64,000 bases of DNA from an uncultured Candidatus Micrarchaeota archaeon (GCA_963741095.1 CAVUGN010000009.1:62756-126755); one strand, 5' to 3'; numbered from the stretch's first letter, positions 47,729 to 58,853 are shown. The notes: generated by a model not told the origin, from the letters alone. Numbers and translations are program-made.

Positions 47729-48235
47729 TTATTGCTTTGCCTCCGCAGGCTTCGCCGCTTCGGGCTTTGCCTCCTTGGCCTCTTTAGGCTTCTCGGTCTT
47801 CGGCTTCTTCGCCTCTGCCGGCTTGGCCTCCTTCGGCTTTTCAGCTGCAGCAGCCTTCGGCGCCTCGGCAGATGCCTTCGGGGATCCTATCCTCGCAGTT
47901 ATGTCCTTTATGGCAGCGGCAGCCCCGCCCGCGCTCTCGACCGCGATTGCGGCGCACGGAACAGTCATGCCTATTGCCTTTCCGAGATCAAGCTTGCTCG
48001 GGACGAATGTGTAAGCGATCTTCTTCTGCTTGCAAAGGACCGGCAGGTGCATCACGACCTCCTCCGGCTTCACGTCTGTTGCGACGACCACGAAAGAAGC
48101 CAGTCCGCGCTCAACGCTCTTTGTGACCTCGTTGGCGCCTTTTCTGATCCTTCCGTTCTGCCTTGCGAGCTGCAGGGCTTCGTACGTCTTCGCGACGACC
48201 TCATTCGAGACTTCGATATCTACGTAGCTTGGCAT
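47729..48235 (-). CDS. rpl7ae: 50S ribosomal protein L7Ae
   Basis: IRKGANEVTKSVERG, DVKPEEVVMHLP. Confidence 0.96.
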   Translation of the reverse strand: MPSYVDIEVSNEVVAKTYEALQLARQNGRIRKGANEVTKSVERGLASFVVVATDVKPEEVVMHLPVLCKQKKIAYTFVPSKLDLGKAIGMTVPCAAIAVESAGGAAAAIKDITARIGSPKASAEAPKAAAAEKPKEAKPAEAKKPKTEKPKEAKEAKPEAAKPAEAKQ

Positions 48236-48357
48236 AGTAACACCATCGTTTGCACTCATTCGGTATTGCCTTTAGGACAGAGAATACCTATTGCAAATGA
48301 TTCTTTATTGTTAGCTTATTTAAACCTTATGCTTCTCGGTGCAACGGAAAATATCGA

Positions 48358-50556
48358 CTATTCAAGGAACTGCTCCGGCTTGGGCGGCTCTTCCGGCTGG
48401 CCCTTCCTCTTTCTTATCTCCCTGACTATCTTTTCCTGCAGTTCCCTCGGCAGCTTCTCATAGCCGGCGAACTCGTAGTACCAGATGGCCCTGCCCTGTG
48501 TCGTGCCCCTGAGCTCGTTCGAGAATCCTTTTATGACCTCTGAGACTGGCATCTTCGCTATTATCGAGGCCTGCTGCCTGTCGGTGTTGATGTTCTGCAC
48601 CTGGCCTCTCTTGCTCTGCAAAAGCGTTATCACATCCGACAGATAATCCTGGGGTATGTTCACGGTGAACATCTGCTTTGGCTCCATCAGGTAGACCCCG
48701 GCAGTGAGCATTGCGGCGTATATGCCCCTTCTCATCGCGGGTATTATCTGGGCCGGGCCCCTATGCACCGGATCCTCATGTATGACCGCATCTTCCACTG
48801 TGACTATGACTCCCGAGCATTTTTCTCTTGCCAGCGGGCCGTCCCTCACCGCCTCTTCGAATCCGTCTATCAGGAGCTCCATGACCTCGTTCATGTACTG
48901 GACCCCCTTTGTCGTATCGATGAGCATGCAGTTGTTTGATATGTCCATGACCTCCTTTGCCTTCGCCCTTTCGAGACCTGCGGCAATCATTGCCTCAATG
49001 GCAACCTGGCCCTTTGGCTTTCCTTCACGTATCTGGCCAAGGTCGAGAGCCTTCTGCACCGATTCTGGCATCGGCTCCACGTTGATGTAGAACTTCGAGT
49101 GCCTGTTCGGCGTCTTTCCCTCTATCGGGCCTGCAGGAGACTCTATTGTTTCATGATAAACAACAATTGGTTCGCTGGTTGTTATCTGAACTTCAAACTC
49201 GTCCCTGAGCTTTGTCTCTATGACTTCAAGATGGAGCTCTCCCATTCCGCTGACAAGATGCTCCCCCGTCTCCTGATTGATTTCGACTTTTATCGTCGGA
49301 TCCTGTTTTGAAAGGACTCTCAAAGCGTCAATCAGCTTGGTTGTGTCCCTTGAATCTTTGGCCTCTATTGCCTTTGTTACGACCGGCTTCGAGTAGTGCG
49401 TTATCTGTTCGAACGGCTCTATGACCTCCTCTCCAAGCGTGTCTCCGACTGAAACATCCTTGATTCCGATGAGCGCAGCTATGTTGCCTGCGGGTATCTC
49501 TTCGACAAGTACTCGGTCCTGACCCATGTATATGCCGACTTGCTGGATCTTCTGGGTCGCGGATCTTCCCGATATGTGCAGTTCTGTGCCCTTCCTGACT
49601 ATGCCCGAGAAGACTCTTCCCACTGCGACCTCGCCCGCATGCGGATCGTACATTATGTTAAACACTACCATGTTTGCCGGAGCCGTCATGTCCACTGCCA
49701 TCATTGCCTTTCCAGCAGCGCTGGTCAGGTCCCCGTGCCATATCTGAGGTATCCTGTAGGCCTGTGCCACCGTCGGCGTCGGCAGGTGGTCTATGATCAT
49801 CGACAGTGCAGCGTCGTCTATCGGCGCTATCTCCTGCAGTTCCGCGAGGCCTGCCTCGCCCTTTGCCATAAGGTCAAATACCTGCTTGAAGTTGACCTTG
49901 TTCTTCTCCATGATGTACTTCGATATCGCCCACTTGTCGTAAGCGGAACCGAAGCAGACGCTTCCTCCCTCAACGCTGACCTTCCACTTCTCCGCGAACT
50001 CGACGGGTGCGTACTGCTCTATCAGCTTGTTAACGTCGTTGATGAGCGTTAGAAGTCGTTCAAACGTCTGTTCGGGAGTCAATCGCAATTCGTTGATGAG
50101 CCTGTCCGTCTTGTTGACGAAAAGTACGGGTTTTGCCTTTTCCTTCAGCGACTGCCTCAGCACGGTTTCGGTCTGTGGCATCACTCCTTCTACTGGATCT
50201 ACGACCAGCACGGCTCCGTCAACGGCCCTCATGGACCTTGTGACGTGCCCGCCGAAGTCAACGTGACCTGGCGTGTCGATGAGGTTTATAATGTAATCCT
50301 TGCCTTTGTAAGTGAATCCGAGCGATATGTTCGCGGATTTTATCGTCATTCTCCTGTCCTTTTCGATCGCCTCGTAGTTCGTGTAAAGGACGTCTCCGGC
50401 AGCCTTCTTCGATATCAATCCTGCCCTTGCGAGAAGCGAATCCGTGAGCGTTGTCTTGCCGTGGTGGACGTGAGCTATGATCGCGATGTTGCGTATGCTT
50501 GTTGGGTCGCTCATCAGCTTTGTTATTTCCTCTACAACGTACTCTTTCCTTACCAT
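48358..50556 (-). CDS. fusA: elongation factor EF-2
   Basis: DTPGHVDFGG, GMGELHL, HEDPVHRGPAQ. Confidence 0.97.
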   Translation of the reverse strand: MVRKEYVVEEITKLMSDPTSIRNIAIIAHVHHGKTTLTDSLLARAGLISKKAAGDVLYTNYEAIEKDRRMTIKSANISLGFTYKGKDYIINLIDTPGHVDFGGHVTRSMRAVDGAVLVVDPVEGVMPQTETVLRQSLKEKAKPVLFVNKTDRLINELRLTPEQTFERLLTLINDVNKLIEQYAPVEFAEKWKVSVEGGSVCFGSAYDKWAISKYIMEKNKVNFKQVFDLMAKGEAGLAELQEIAPIDDAALSMIIDHLPTPTVAQAYRIPQIWHGDLTSAAGKAMMAVDMTAPANMVVFNIMYDPHAGEVAVGRVFSGIVRKGTELHISGRSATQKIQQVGIYMGQDRVLVEEIPAGNIAALIGIKDVSVGDTLGEEVIEPFEQITHYSKPVVTKAIEAKDSRDTTKLIDALRVLSKQDPTIKVEINQETGEHLVSGMGELHLEVIETKLRDEFEVQITTSEPIVVYHETIESPAGPIEGKTPNRHSKFYINVEPMPESVQKALDLGQIREGKPKGQVAIEAMIAAGLERAKAKEVMDISNNCMLIDTTKGVQYMNEVMELLIDGFEEAVRDGPLAREKCSGVIVTVEDAVIHEDPVHRGPAQIIPAMRRGIYAAMLTAGVYLMEPKQMFTVNIPQDYLSDVITLLQSKRGQVQNINTDRQQASIIAKMPVSEVIKGFSNELRGTTQGRAIWYYEFAGYEKLPRELQEKIVREIRKRKGQPEEPPKPEQFLE

Positions 50557-50564
50557 AGAATCAG

Positions 50565-51326
50565 CTACTTGGCACTCCTGGCCATGCGCTCAATCTCGTT
50601 CTTCCTCTTTATCGCATAGCTGTTGATGTCCATGTTCGACGCGAGGATCATCTCGTTCGCCAGTGCCTGTGCAAGCGTCCTCTTGTTCTTGAATGCGTTT
50701 ATGATGGTCGCCATAGCCACGTTCCTGAGCGCTATGTCCAGTCTCCTGCTCGCGCTTATGTCGACCGCGACGTTCGATGTTATGCCTCCGTAGACCACCC
50801 TTGTGGTGTCCTCTATCGGGGCGCTGTTCTCAAGCGCGCGTATGAAGACCTGTATCGGGTTCTTCCCGCTCTGCTTTGAGATTATGTCAAAAGCGTTCTC
50901 TATTATCTTCGTGACCTTCATCTTCCTTCCCTGCAACCTTCCCTCGGTTCTTATGACGTGCCCGCCGACCTTGCCTCCGGTGCCGCCCCTCATGAGCGAG
51001 TTCTCCAATCTTTCTATGATGTTGATGCTCGCCTTGGCGAAGCTCTTCTGGCTCAACCGCCCGTGGCTGACAGGGTAGGCGATGGCCCTCAGGTTTATCT
51101 GATTCCTCAGGCTGAGATCGGCTACCTCGACGTCAAAACTGTACTTGTTGAACAGCAATGGCTTGTTCGTCGGAGCTGCGGAGTAGGCTGCCTTTTCCGG
51201 CGCTGCCTTCGGAGCCCTTATCTTCTTCACGGGCTTCACGGCTACCGGCTGCACTTCGGCCTTTGCAGGAACCTGCTTCTCGCCGGCCTTCTTCTCTGAA
51301 ACTACCACAGCGTTATCTTCAGCCAT
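50565..51326 (-). CDS. rps7: 30S ribosomal protein S7
   Basis: NPIQV, AVDISASRRLD, ERMARSA. Confidence 0.96.
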   Translation of the reverse strand: MAEDNAVVVSEKKAGEKQVPAKAEVQPVAVKPVKKIRAPKAAPEKAAYSAAPTNKPLLFNKYSFDVEVADLSLRNQINLRAIAYPVSHGRLSQKSFAKASINIIERLENSLMRGGTGGKVGGHVIRTEGRLQGRKMKVTKIIENAFDIISKQSGKNPIQVFIRALENSAPIEDTTRVVYGGITSNVAVDISASRRLDIALRNVAMATIINAFKNKRTLAQALANEMILASNMDINSYAIKRKNEIERMARSAK

Positions 51327-51327
51327 A

Positions 51328-51756
51328 TCATCTCTTCGGTTTCTCTTTTCTGCCTGACCTCACCATCTTGAGGTTCACGCCGTTGACTTCTATTACCTTG
51401 TACTTCCATCCCGGTATGCAGCCCATCTGGCCCCTCTGGGATCCTCCCATGCCTTCGATGGTGACCTCATCGTGCTCATCGATGAACCCAATGGATCCGT
51501 CTCCGGGCACATAAGCGCTTACGGTCTTTCCGTTCTTCACGAGCTGTATCCTTACTCCCTTTATCTGGCCCGAATGCGGCTGCTTCTGTCCTGTTGCAAT
51601 CTTTTGGAGCACCAGGGCCTTTGCCCTAGGTACAGTTCCCATCGGGTCGTACTTGTCCTTGAGCTTGAACATCTTTCGCCTCAGCCACTTCTTGAGCAGC
51701 CTCTGGTGTTTTCTCTGTTTCAGCAATTTTCTAGCGGCAAATTCTCCATTCGGTAT
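51328..51756 (-). CDS. rps12: 30S ribosomal protein S12, probable ATA start
   Basis: (I/M)PNGEFAARKL, KQPHSG, PGDG, IDEHDEV. Confidence 0.95.
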   Translation of the reverse strand: MPNGEFAARKLLKQRKHQRLLKKWLRRKMFKLKDKYDPMGTVPRAKALVLQKIATGQKQPHSGQIKGVRIQLVKNGKTVSAYVPGDGSIGFIDEHDEVTIEGMGGSQRGQMGCIPGWKYKVIEVNGVNLKMVRSGRKEKPKR

Positions 51757-51760
51757 AAAA

Positions 51761-52060
51761 TCACTTTGTGTCTTCTAGTATCTTTGAGTTGCCCTGCTCT
51801 ATTATGGAGACGGCGGACACGGAGAACGGCTTGCCGCAAACCGCGCCAAGCTCCATCGACGTGCCTTCAAACATTACCACTTTGATATTAGATATCTTTG
51901 CCATGTGCTCTATGTCCTGGACGTTGTCGCCCTTGTTCTTCGATGCGACAACGAGCAGCTTGGCGGTGTCGTCCTTTATCGACGCCAGGACGCTGTTTAT
52001 GCCTAACGCTGCCTTTCCGCTGTCTACAGCTAAGCGTATATCATTTGCAATGTCTGCCAT
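51761..52060 (-). CDS. rpl30e: 50S ribosomal protein L30e
   Basis: GTSMELGAVCGKPF. Confidence 0.95.
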   Translation of the reverse strand: MADIANDIRLAVDSGKAALGINSVLASIKDDTAKLLVVASKNKGDNVQDIEHMAKISNIKVVMFEGTSMELGAVCGKPFSVSAVSIIEQGNSKILEDTK

Positions 52061-52160
52061 GAAAACACAGTCAAATGCGAAGAAAAGGAATCCTTCGTAT
52101 GATTTATTATCACGCAAAAGTATATAAAACAATACAGCCGACGCCTCCAGCCTTGTCCAA

Positions 52161-52736
52161 CTATCCCGCGTACAGGATGATCTCCGGTTCCTCCTCCTCG
52201 GCTTCTGTCCGCAGCTTTACACCATCGAGATTCCTGATGCAATAGACGTGGAGAATGCCCTCGATGTCTGTGAGCACTCCGTAGCCCTTCTTCCATGCCA
52301 TCATGCGCTCGTCAGCATGCTTGAGGTATTTCACCTTGCCGGAGAAATCCAGGTCCTTCACGACCAGTAGCTCGGCCATCATGCCCGCGTCGCGCCCTGC
52401 GTCCTCAAAAGAGCTGTCGCCCACCGCAACGCCCTCGGCGTTTATGGCAGCTATCATTGCCTTGGATGCCGCCGCTTTCGCTGCCGCTTCGGCCACCGGC
52501 GCCACGGAAGGGACCAGCCTCTTTATGTTTTCAAGCACGCCCTTCTCCTCGTCTTCAACCGATACGAGTTTCCTGCTCCCTGCCGCGGCGTTCATCCTCT
52601 TCCGGTGCACCTCTCTCAAAGCGTTCTTCCTCGCATCGGGCAGCGTGCTCCCATAGTGCACAACCCATTTCGGGTTTGGCTTGTTGTCGGGAATGAAATA
52701 GCGTATCTCGTTTATGCTGGAATACAGTTTATCCAA
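52161..52736 (-). CDS. hypothetical protein, 'KG[YF]G' paralog family
   Basis: PDNKPNPKW; KDLDFSGKVKY; WKKGYG. Confidence 0.75.
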   Translation of the reverse strand: MDKLYSSINEIRYFIPDNKPNPKWVVHYGSTLPDARKNALREVHRKRMNAAAGSRKLVSVEDEEKGVLENIKRLVPSVAPVAEAAAKAAASKAMIAAINAEGVAVGDSSFEDAGRDAGMMAELLVVKDLDFSGKVKYLKHADERMMAWKKGYGVLTDIEGILHVYCIRNLDGVKLRTEAEEEEPEIILYAG

Positions 52737-52937
52737 GCCATTTTGCTGCGGTCGATCCTGTCTCGTCCCTATCCACCCATGCTGTAACTTTTCTATGCTC
52801 TAAACATTATTTATACCCGTATGCTTGCACTGGCTCCGCACTGCCGCACGCGTTCTCCGCCGATCAAAACACGTCGTCAGACGTGGGTGGACATAAGGCA
52901 TATATATCCGAACAAACGGAAGGAATAATGCGATATC

Positions 52938-53258
52938 ATGGTGACAAAATCGGCAGCAGTAGTGGCGTTGCCTTCCAAGGAGATAATGATCCAGCAGCTG
53001 AGCGAACATTCACTTTCCTATGGGGCATTCGGAGGCAAATTCGACAGAATCTACAACGATTACATAGGAAGCATTGCCAATAGCCAAAAAACCGCCAAGG
53101 ACCTGGCAACGGCATGGAAAATGACGATTGACGACTATACCGGCATGTTCCATCCACTCGATCTCGTAAACGTCAGCATGAAGTTTGGCGAGATAGTCGA
53201 AGTGATCGCGCCAAAGATAGCCGAGCAAGCAGTGATGATAAGATTCGCCGATCTGTGA
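52938..53258 (+). CDS. hypothetical protein
   Basis: 106-aa ORF downstream of an AT-rich TATA-like stretch. Confidence 0.6.
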   Translation: MVTKSAAVVALPSKEIMIQQLSEHSLSYGAFGGKFDRIYNDYIGSIANSQKTAKDLATAWKMTIDDYTGMFHPLDLVNVSMKFGEIVEVIAPKIAEQAVMIRFADL

Positions 53259-53271
53259 CCGGCTTTACTAA

Positions 53272-54258
53272 TTAACCGACAGGGTAAGAGTCGCACCCGG
53301 CGGGTTCGCTGAACTGGTTGCTCAGCACAAGCTTGAGATATCCGAGGTACGGCACCGAGGCTATGACCTTGCCCTCTATCTGGCTCAGGCTCGCAGGGAT
53401 GTTCCCGTACTCGATGTCGAGCCCGGCGTTGTTGTCGCCCTTTGTCAGCGCGTAATAACTGCCATTGACATCAATTACTGCGTAAATCCTGTGAACGACG
53501 TACTGGTCTCCGAGCCTGTAGAAAGCGTCTTCCGGCACGGTCTGATAGACCACCCTCGTGTTGTTCGCATCGCCTATGATTGTGGTGCCAGCCACGGTTA
53601 TCGCAGAGGTGTAAACCTCATTCCTGATGGTCCCATCGGTGTACTTGATCCTTCGAACGCCGCAGGTGTACGTTATCAAACCGGTCTGGCTGCCCTGCGG
53701 CACAATCGTTCCGCCGCTGCCCGTGTTCTGGTAAAGCCCCACGGAATAATTCGGCATGAGTATCTGCGAGACGTTGGTCTCGCCACCTGATCTGCTGTAA
53801 GCGACGCAGAGCAGCTGCTCGTTGGCCATGCTGTTTATCATGCTGTTGTACGCTGCCGCGCTGACGTCCACGACCGGCGCCTTTATCCCGGTTGCGCCTC
53901 CAATGCCCTGCAGCAGTATCATGTCGCCTCTCTGCAGGTTCGGCAGCATGCTGCAGCTCGGCACAACATCCAATGGATAGTTCGTGTTGAGCACGAATTT
54001 CAGCGCAAACCAGAAGACCAGTATCAGGCCTATGGCAACGATCAGCTCCAGTATGTTCTTTACATAATCGCCCTCCTTCAGGCTGTCCAGCAATTCAAGA
54101 GAGAGCAAAACCGCTATCACGAAGAACAGCGCCACGCCCAACACCATCGACAGTGCCTGCACGTGCTGGAAGTAGACGTAAAGGACGAAAATAACCACGA
54201 GTACGAGATAGATCGGCCAGATTGGAAAGCCCTTGCCCCGCTTAGCCTTTTTTGCCAT
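53272..54258 (-). CDS. signal peptidase I (S26) with large insertion
   Basis: SCSMLPNLQRGD, VVHR, TKGDNN, VPYLGY. Confidence 0.88.
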   Translation of the reverse strand: MAKKAKRGKGFPIWPIYLVLVVIFVLYVYFQHVQALSMVLGVALFFVIAVLLSLELLDSLKEGDYVKNILELIVAIGLILVFWFALKFVLNTNYPLDVVPSCSMLPNLQRGDMILLQGIGGATGIKAPVVDVSAAAYNSMINSMANEQLLCVAYSRSGGETNVSQILMPNYSVGLYQNTGSGGTIVPQGSQTGLITYTCGVRRIKYTDGTIRNEVYTSAITVAGTTIIGDANNTRVVYQTVPEDAFYRLGDQYVVHRIYAVIDVNGSYYALTKGDNNAGLDIEYGNIPASLSQIEGKVIASVPYLGYLKLVLSNQFSEPAGCDSYPVG

Positions 54259-54289
54259 TTGCTCAACATTAGATTGAAAGGAAAGTAAG

Positions 54290-57200
54290 TTATGCGCTCT
54301 TCTCGATCGCTTCGGCGTTCAGCGTGTTAAGCTGCATGCCCACCGCCTGCGATTCGTCGTCCTTTCGCACCACGCCTATCGCGGTGTCCGCCGCGGTTAT
54401 CATGGAGTCGTTGTGGCTCACCATTATGACCTGCGAGCTCCTGCTCAGCTCCTTCATGAGCCTGGACAGCTTCTTCGAGTTCTCCTTGTCGAGCGAGGCG
54501 TCTATCTCGTCGAAGATGTAGAAAGACATCGGGTTGCGCATCTGTATCGCGAATATCAGCATCAGCATCAATAGTGACTTCTCGCCTCCCGACAATTGTT
54601 CGGAAGCGCGCTCCTTCTTCGACGCCGAGGTCATGTGTATCTGCAGCCCGGAATTGAACGGGTCCTTCGGGTTCTCCAGGTACAAGTAAGCGGCTCCCTC
54701 GAATATGTTGTTGTAGAGGCTCTTGAAGTTCTCGTTCACCACCTTCAGCGTGTCAACGAATATGTTCAGCTTCTTCGATTCTATCTCGTTTATCATGGCC
54801 ACTATGGAGCCCTTCTCGCTGTCAAGGACCTGCAGCTTCTGCCTCGCCATGTCAACATCCTGCTTCTTCGATTCGTATATCTCCGGAGCCTTCAGGTTCA
54901 CGTTGCCCAATCTCTCGATCTCGGATTTCGCGACCGCAAGGCTAGCCTCCAACTGTTCGATGCTCTTGCCCTCGATGGCCTTCATTCCGGAGTAAGAAAG
55001 CAGCTCCGCCTTTATGTCGTTCATCCTCGTTTCGGACTGCTCCTTCTTCATGCTCAGCTCTATGAGGTCGCGCTCTATTTTATCCATGTCGCTCGAGAGC
55101 CTGCCCCTCTCCATTGATATCTTCGTCAATTTTTCCTCCAGCGCCTGCAATTCCTTGAGCTGCCCTGCAGATTTCGTGTCGTGGCTGCGTATCTTCTCCT
55201 GCAGTTCCGCTTTCGATTTGTTTATCTCCGCGATATCCTTGCCGAGGCCCGAAACGCTCTTCTTGAGTCCGGCCAGCTCCTCGGTCTTCTTGCCGGTTTC
55301 CTCCTCTATCTCGCCAATCCTGCCCGCGCGTATCTCGTTCTCCTTCGTCATCGTGGCTATCCTTATCTTCAGGCCCTCGGCCTCCTCGCGCAGCGCCTTC
55401 GCGTCCTGTGTGGCGCCGGAAGGCTGCTGCTTGCCCTTGTGCTGCTGCACGGTCTTGGTGGAGTACAGCTTCTCGTTCTCCAGCCTCAATGCGGATATGC
55501 CTGCCTCGACCTTGTCCCTCTCTGTCTTGAGCCTTTCGAACTCGACCTTCATCTGCGCCAATTTCGATTCCATCGACGCCAGTTCCTTCTTCCCGGAATC
55601 GATCTCGCCGTTTATCCCGTCGACCTGCTGCTGCAGGTGCCTGATCTCGTTGCTGCGGTTGGCCTCCTCGGTCTGATACGAAGCCAATTTTTTCCTTATC
55701 GAATCCGCTTCAATGTTCAGCTCGTAGAGCCTGCCGTTCGCCGCTTTCTTCTCATCCTCGAGCTTCCTCAATTTCGATTCAAGCAATGCCGGAGACTGCG
55801 TCACACGCATCGTCCCTCCCGTTATCACGCCCGACTGCTCTATCAGCTCACCCTCTAGGGTTACGAACCTGCAGCTTCCCATGCCCGCCTTCTTCGCTGC
55901 CTCTATGCTATCAACAAGGTAGGTGTTCGAGAATATGTAATCGAATGCGGCTCCGTACCTCTTGTCGAACTTCACGTTCTCTATGAATGGCTTCAATCCC
56001 TTCACTGCGGCGGTCGGCTTCACCTGCATGTCCTCTATGGGTATGAACGACGCCCTCCCAAGGCTTTTTTCCTTCAGCAGCTTTATCGCGCGGCTCGCCG
56101 TTTCGCTGGAATCTACGACAAAATAGTTCATCCTCTGCCCGGCCGCGGCCTGCACCGCGGTGGAGAATTTGTCGTCGTAACTGCACAGCTCGTAGGCCCT
56201 GCCGTAGAATCCCTCCTTGATGCTCCTGCCGAGCGTCTCGGCGCTCCGATCAGAGCTGTGGCCGATGCTCGCGAGCTGCTCCCTGAGGTTAACATTGTCC
56301 AAATATATCCTATTGATCGTGTCGTTGACTCGCGCCGCCTCCGCAGCATTCTCCGCCAGTTTCTTCTGTGACTCCGCGATGCCCGACGCCACCGGCTGGA
56401 TCTTCTCCTTCTCCGTTTCTATCGACTTTAGCCTGAGGTCGCGCTCCTTGAGGTGGTTGCTCACCGCACTGCTCAGTTCGCCGATCCTGCTGGTCGCGCC
56501 CTCGATGGCGAACGACTGCTGCATGTGCGCATTCGTGGCCTTTCCATGCTCCGCTTCCAGCTCGTCCAGCCTCTTCTGGTTCTCGCCGTACTTGCTGAAC
56601 AGCGAAGACGTGCCCGCATCATCATAAACGTCCACCAATTTGAGTTTCTTCGCCTTGTCGTCCAGTTCCCCCTTCAGGCCCTTGACGGTTCCCTCGCTCG
56701 CCTCTCTCTCTTCGAGCATCTTCGCCCTTGCGGTCTTCAATTCCTCTATCGCCTTATCCAATTCCAAAATGCTGTTCTTCGCCGAATTGAGCTGCGACTC
56801 CTTGACCGCGATGTCGCGGTTCGCCGATTCGAGCAGCTTGTTCGTCGATCCTACCTCGATCGACCTTTCGTTCAGGCTCTTGGCCGCGGTCTCCCTCTTT
56901 GTCGTGAGGCTCTCTATCTCGATGTCCGTCTCCTTTATCCTGCCGTCGATGTCGTTCCTCTTCTTCTCTTTTTCCTTGATGAGCGCGAACGAATTGTCAT
57001 ACTCAGACATTATGCTCTTCTCCCTAGACTTCAGTATGGTGTAGCTCGTCTCCTTGACCGTGTTCGTGAGCGCGATGTGCTTTTCCGCGTCCTCCTTTTC
57101 CTTCTCCAGCTCGTTCAGGAACCCCTGGCGCTCGCTCAGCATTATGCCCGCCTCGCTTATGCTCCCCTCGACCTTCTCCAATTCCTTGAGCGACGCGGCC

Positions 57201-57701
57201 TTCTTGTCGTCGAACTCCTTTATGCCCGCCGCGACGTCTATCAACCCTCTTCGCTCCTTCGCGTTGAGCGCCAGCAGCGTTCCGATCTCTCCCTGCGTTA
57301 TCGCGTTCGTCTCGTTGATCTCGCACTTCTTTGCCCTCAGCACGTCGATGACGTCCTGCCTGCTCGCGTGCCGGTCGTTCAGCCTGTAGCCGACCTTGTT
57401 GTTCGATTTTATTATCCTTGCAATCTCAAGGGGCTCCTCCCCCCTGAATGAAAGCTTCACGTAGGCCCTTTTGACGTTGTCCTCCTTCTTCGGCTTTGCG
57501 TGGCTGTTTATCAATTGGGGGAACGAGGTGAGCCTCATCCTTCGCAGTGAACTTTCTCCCAACGCAAAGAGCAGAGAATCGCAGATGTTCGACTTGCCGG
57601 AGCCGTTCGGTCCGACTATGCAGTTGAATCCCTTTCCGAATTTTATGTTGGCGTGCCTGAAGGACTTGAAATTGTGGAGTATGATGCTGTCTAAGTAGAG
57701 C
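54290..57701 (-). CDS. smc: chromosome segregation protein SMC
   Basis: GPNGSGKSN, hinge GRASFIP, LSGGE, FDEID; start approximate. Confidence 0.96.
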
Positions 57702-57776
57702 ATGTGTCGCACCGGTTCGCCCATAGTTTATCGACGCTACTATTATTATTTATTTGCGTTGTGCCCGATGATTGCG

Positions 57777-58853
57777 TTAAACCTTTCCCGTCGCCCTTTT
57801 GTGCGACAGGTACAGCGCTATGACCGATTCGACGTGCTGCGCCAGAAGGATCCCGACCAGCCGTTTTCCTTTCATCACGGCCACCATGCCAGTCTCTTCG
57901 GTCCGCATCTTGTCTATCGCGCCGAAAAGCTTTGCGCCGTACTGGATCTGGGGTATCTCCTTCCCCAGCGGCTTCACGTCCGCCAGCGCCCTGTCCTTCC
58001 ATGGTATCCTGTCCAACGTCAGGTTCGATACCGCCTTCACCGCGCTGCCTTCCCTGTACAGTATTATGTTGGTGCGGTGCTTGAGCATGGTCCTGTACAG
58101 CTGCGGTATGGTCGTGCCTTTATTCACCTCAACATAACTCTCGCTCATAGCGTCGCTCGCATGAAGTCCCGATACGTTGTCCTTTATGTAAGCATTCTGC
58201 AGCTCGGCCTTGGCCCCGCTGTACACGAACAGCCCCAGCACCACGTCCCAAAGAACTATGAACTCCTTGTAGAAGAACGTGCCAGGTATCAGCAGGACAT
58301 AAACGAACGTGCCCACAATGAAGAGCGCCGTGATCGCGTTGCTGGCCAAGACCGCGATCCTTGTCGCTTCGAAGTAGCTCCTCTTCTCCTGAAGATAGGC
58401 CCTCAGGGCCCTACCTCCGTCAAGCGGCAGCCAGGGCAGGATGTTGAACACTCCAAGGAAGACGTTGAGCTCGAAGAGAGTCTGCACGGTGTACCTCACG
58501 ATGCCTGCGGGCGAGTACACCGCAAGAATTCCGAACACCGCAGCGAGCAGCAGGCTCGATATGGGCCCGACTATGGATATGCGGAACTCGGTCTCCGGCT
58601 TGACCTTCTCGAAGTCTATCACCGACCCCCCGCCGAACGGATAGAGTATTATCTTCTTGACCGCTATGCCGTTCCTCCTGGAGGTTATGGAGTGAGTGAG
58701 CTCATGAATCAGCACGCACACGAACAGCAGCACCCATATCAGGAAATAGTACGCGCTGAGCGTCAGTATCAGCAGAAGCAAAAGTATGAACGACCAGTGG
58801 AGCTGTATGCGTATCCCGTCTATGCTCCCTATGTAGGGCGAAAGTTCGACCAT
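57777..58853 (-). CDS. site-2 (M50) protease with CBS-like C-terminus
   Basis: HELTH, FNILPWLPLDGG. Confidence 0.92.
   Translation of the reverse strand: MVELSPYIGSIDGIRIQLHWSFILLLLLILTLSAYYFLIWVLLFVCVLIHELTHSITSRRNGIAVKKIILYPFGGGSVIDFEKVKPETEFRISIVGPISSLLLAAVFGILAVYSPAGIVRYTVQTLFELNVFLGVFNILPWLPLDGGRALRAYLQEKRSYFEATRIAVLASNAITALFIVGTFVYVLLIPGTFFYKEFIVLWDVVLGLFVYSGAKAELQNAYIKDNVSGLHASDAMSESYVEVNKGTTIPQLYRTMLKHRTNIILYREGSAVKAVSNLTLDRIPWKDRALADVKPLGKEIPQIQYGAKLFGAIDKMRTEETGMVAVMKGKRLVGILLAQHVESVIALYLSHKRATGKV

Noticed and set aside
34602-57700. Many long antisense ORFs over the nuo, EF-2 and smc genes
   Set aside because: Expected shadows of GC3-rich codon usage; no protein motifs.
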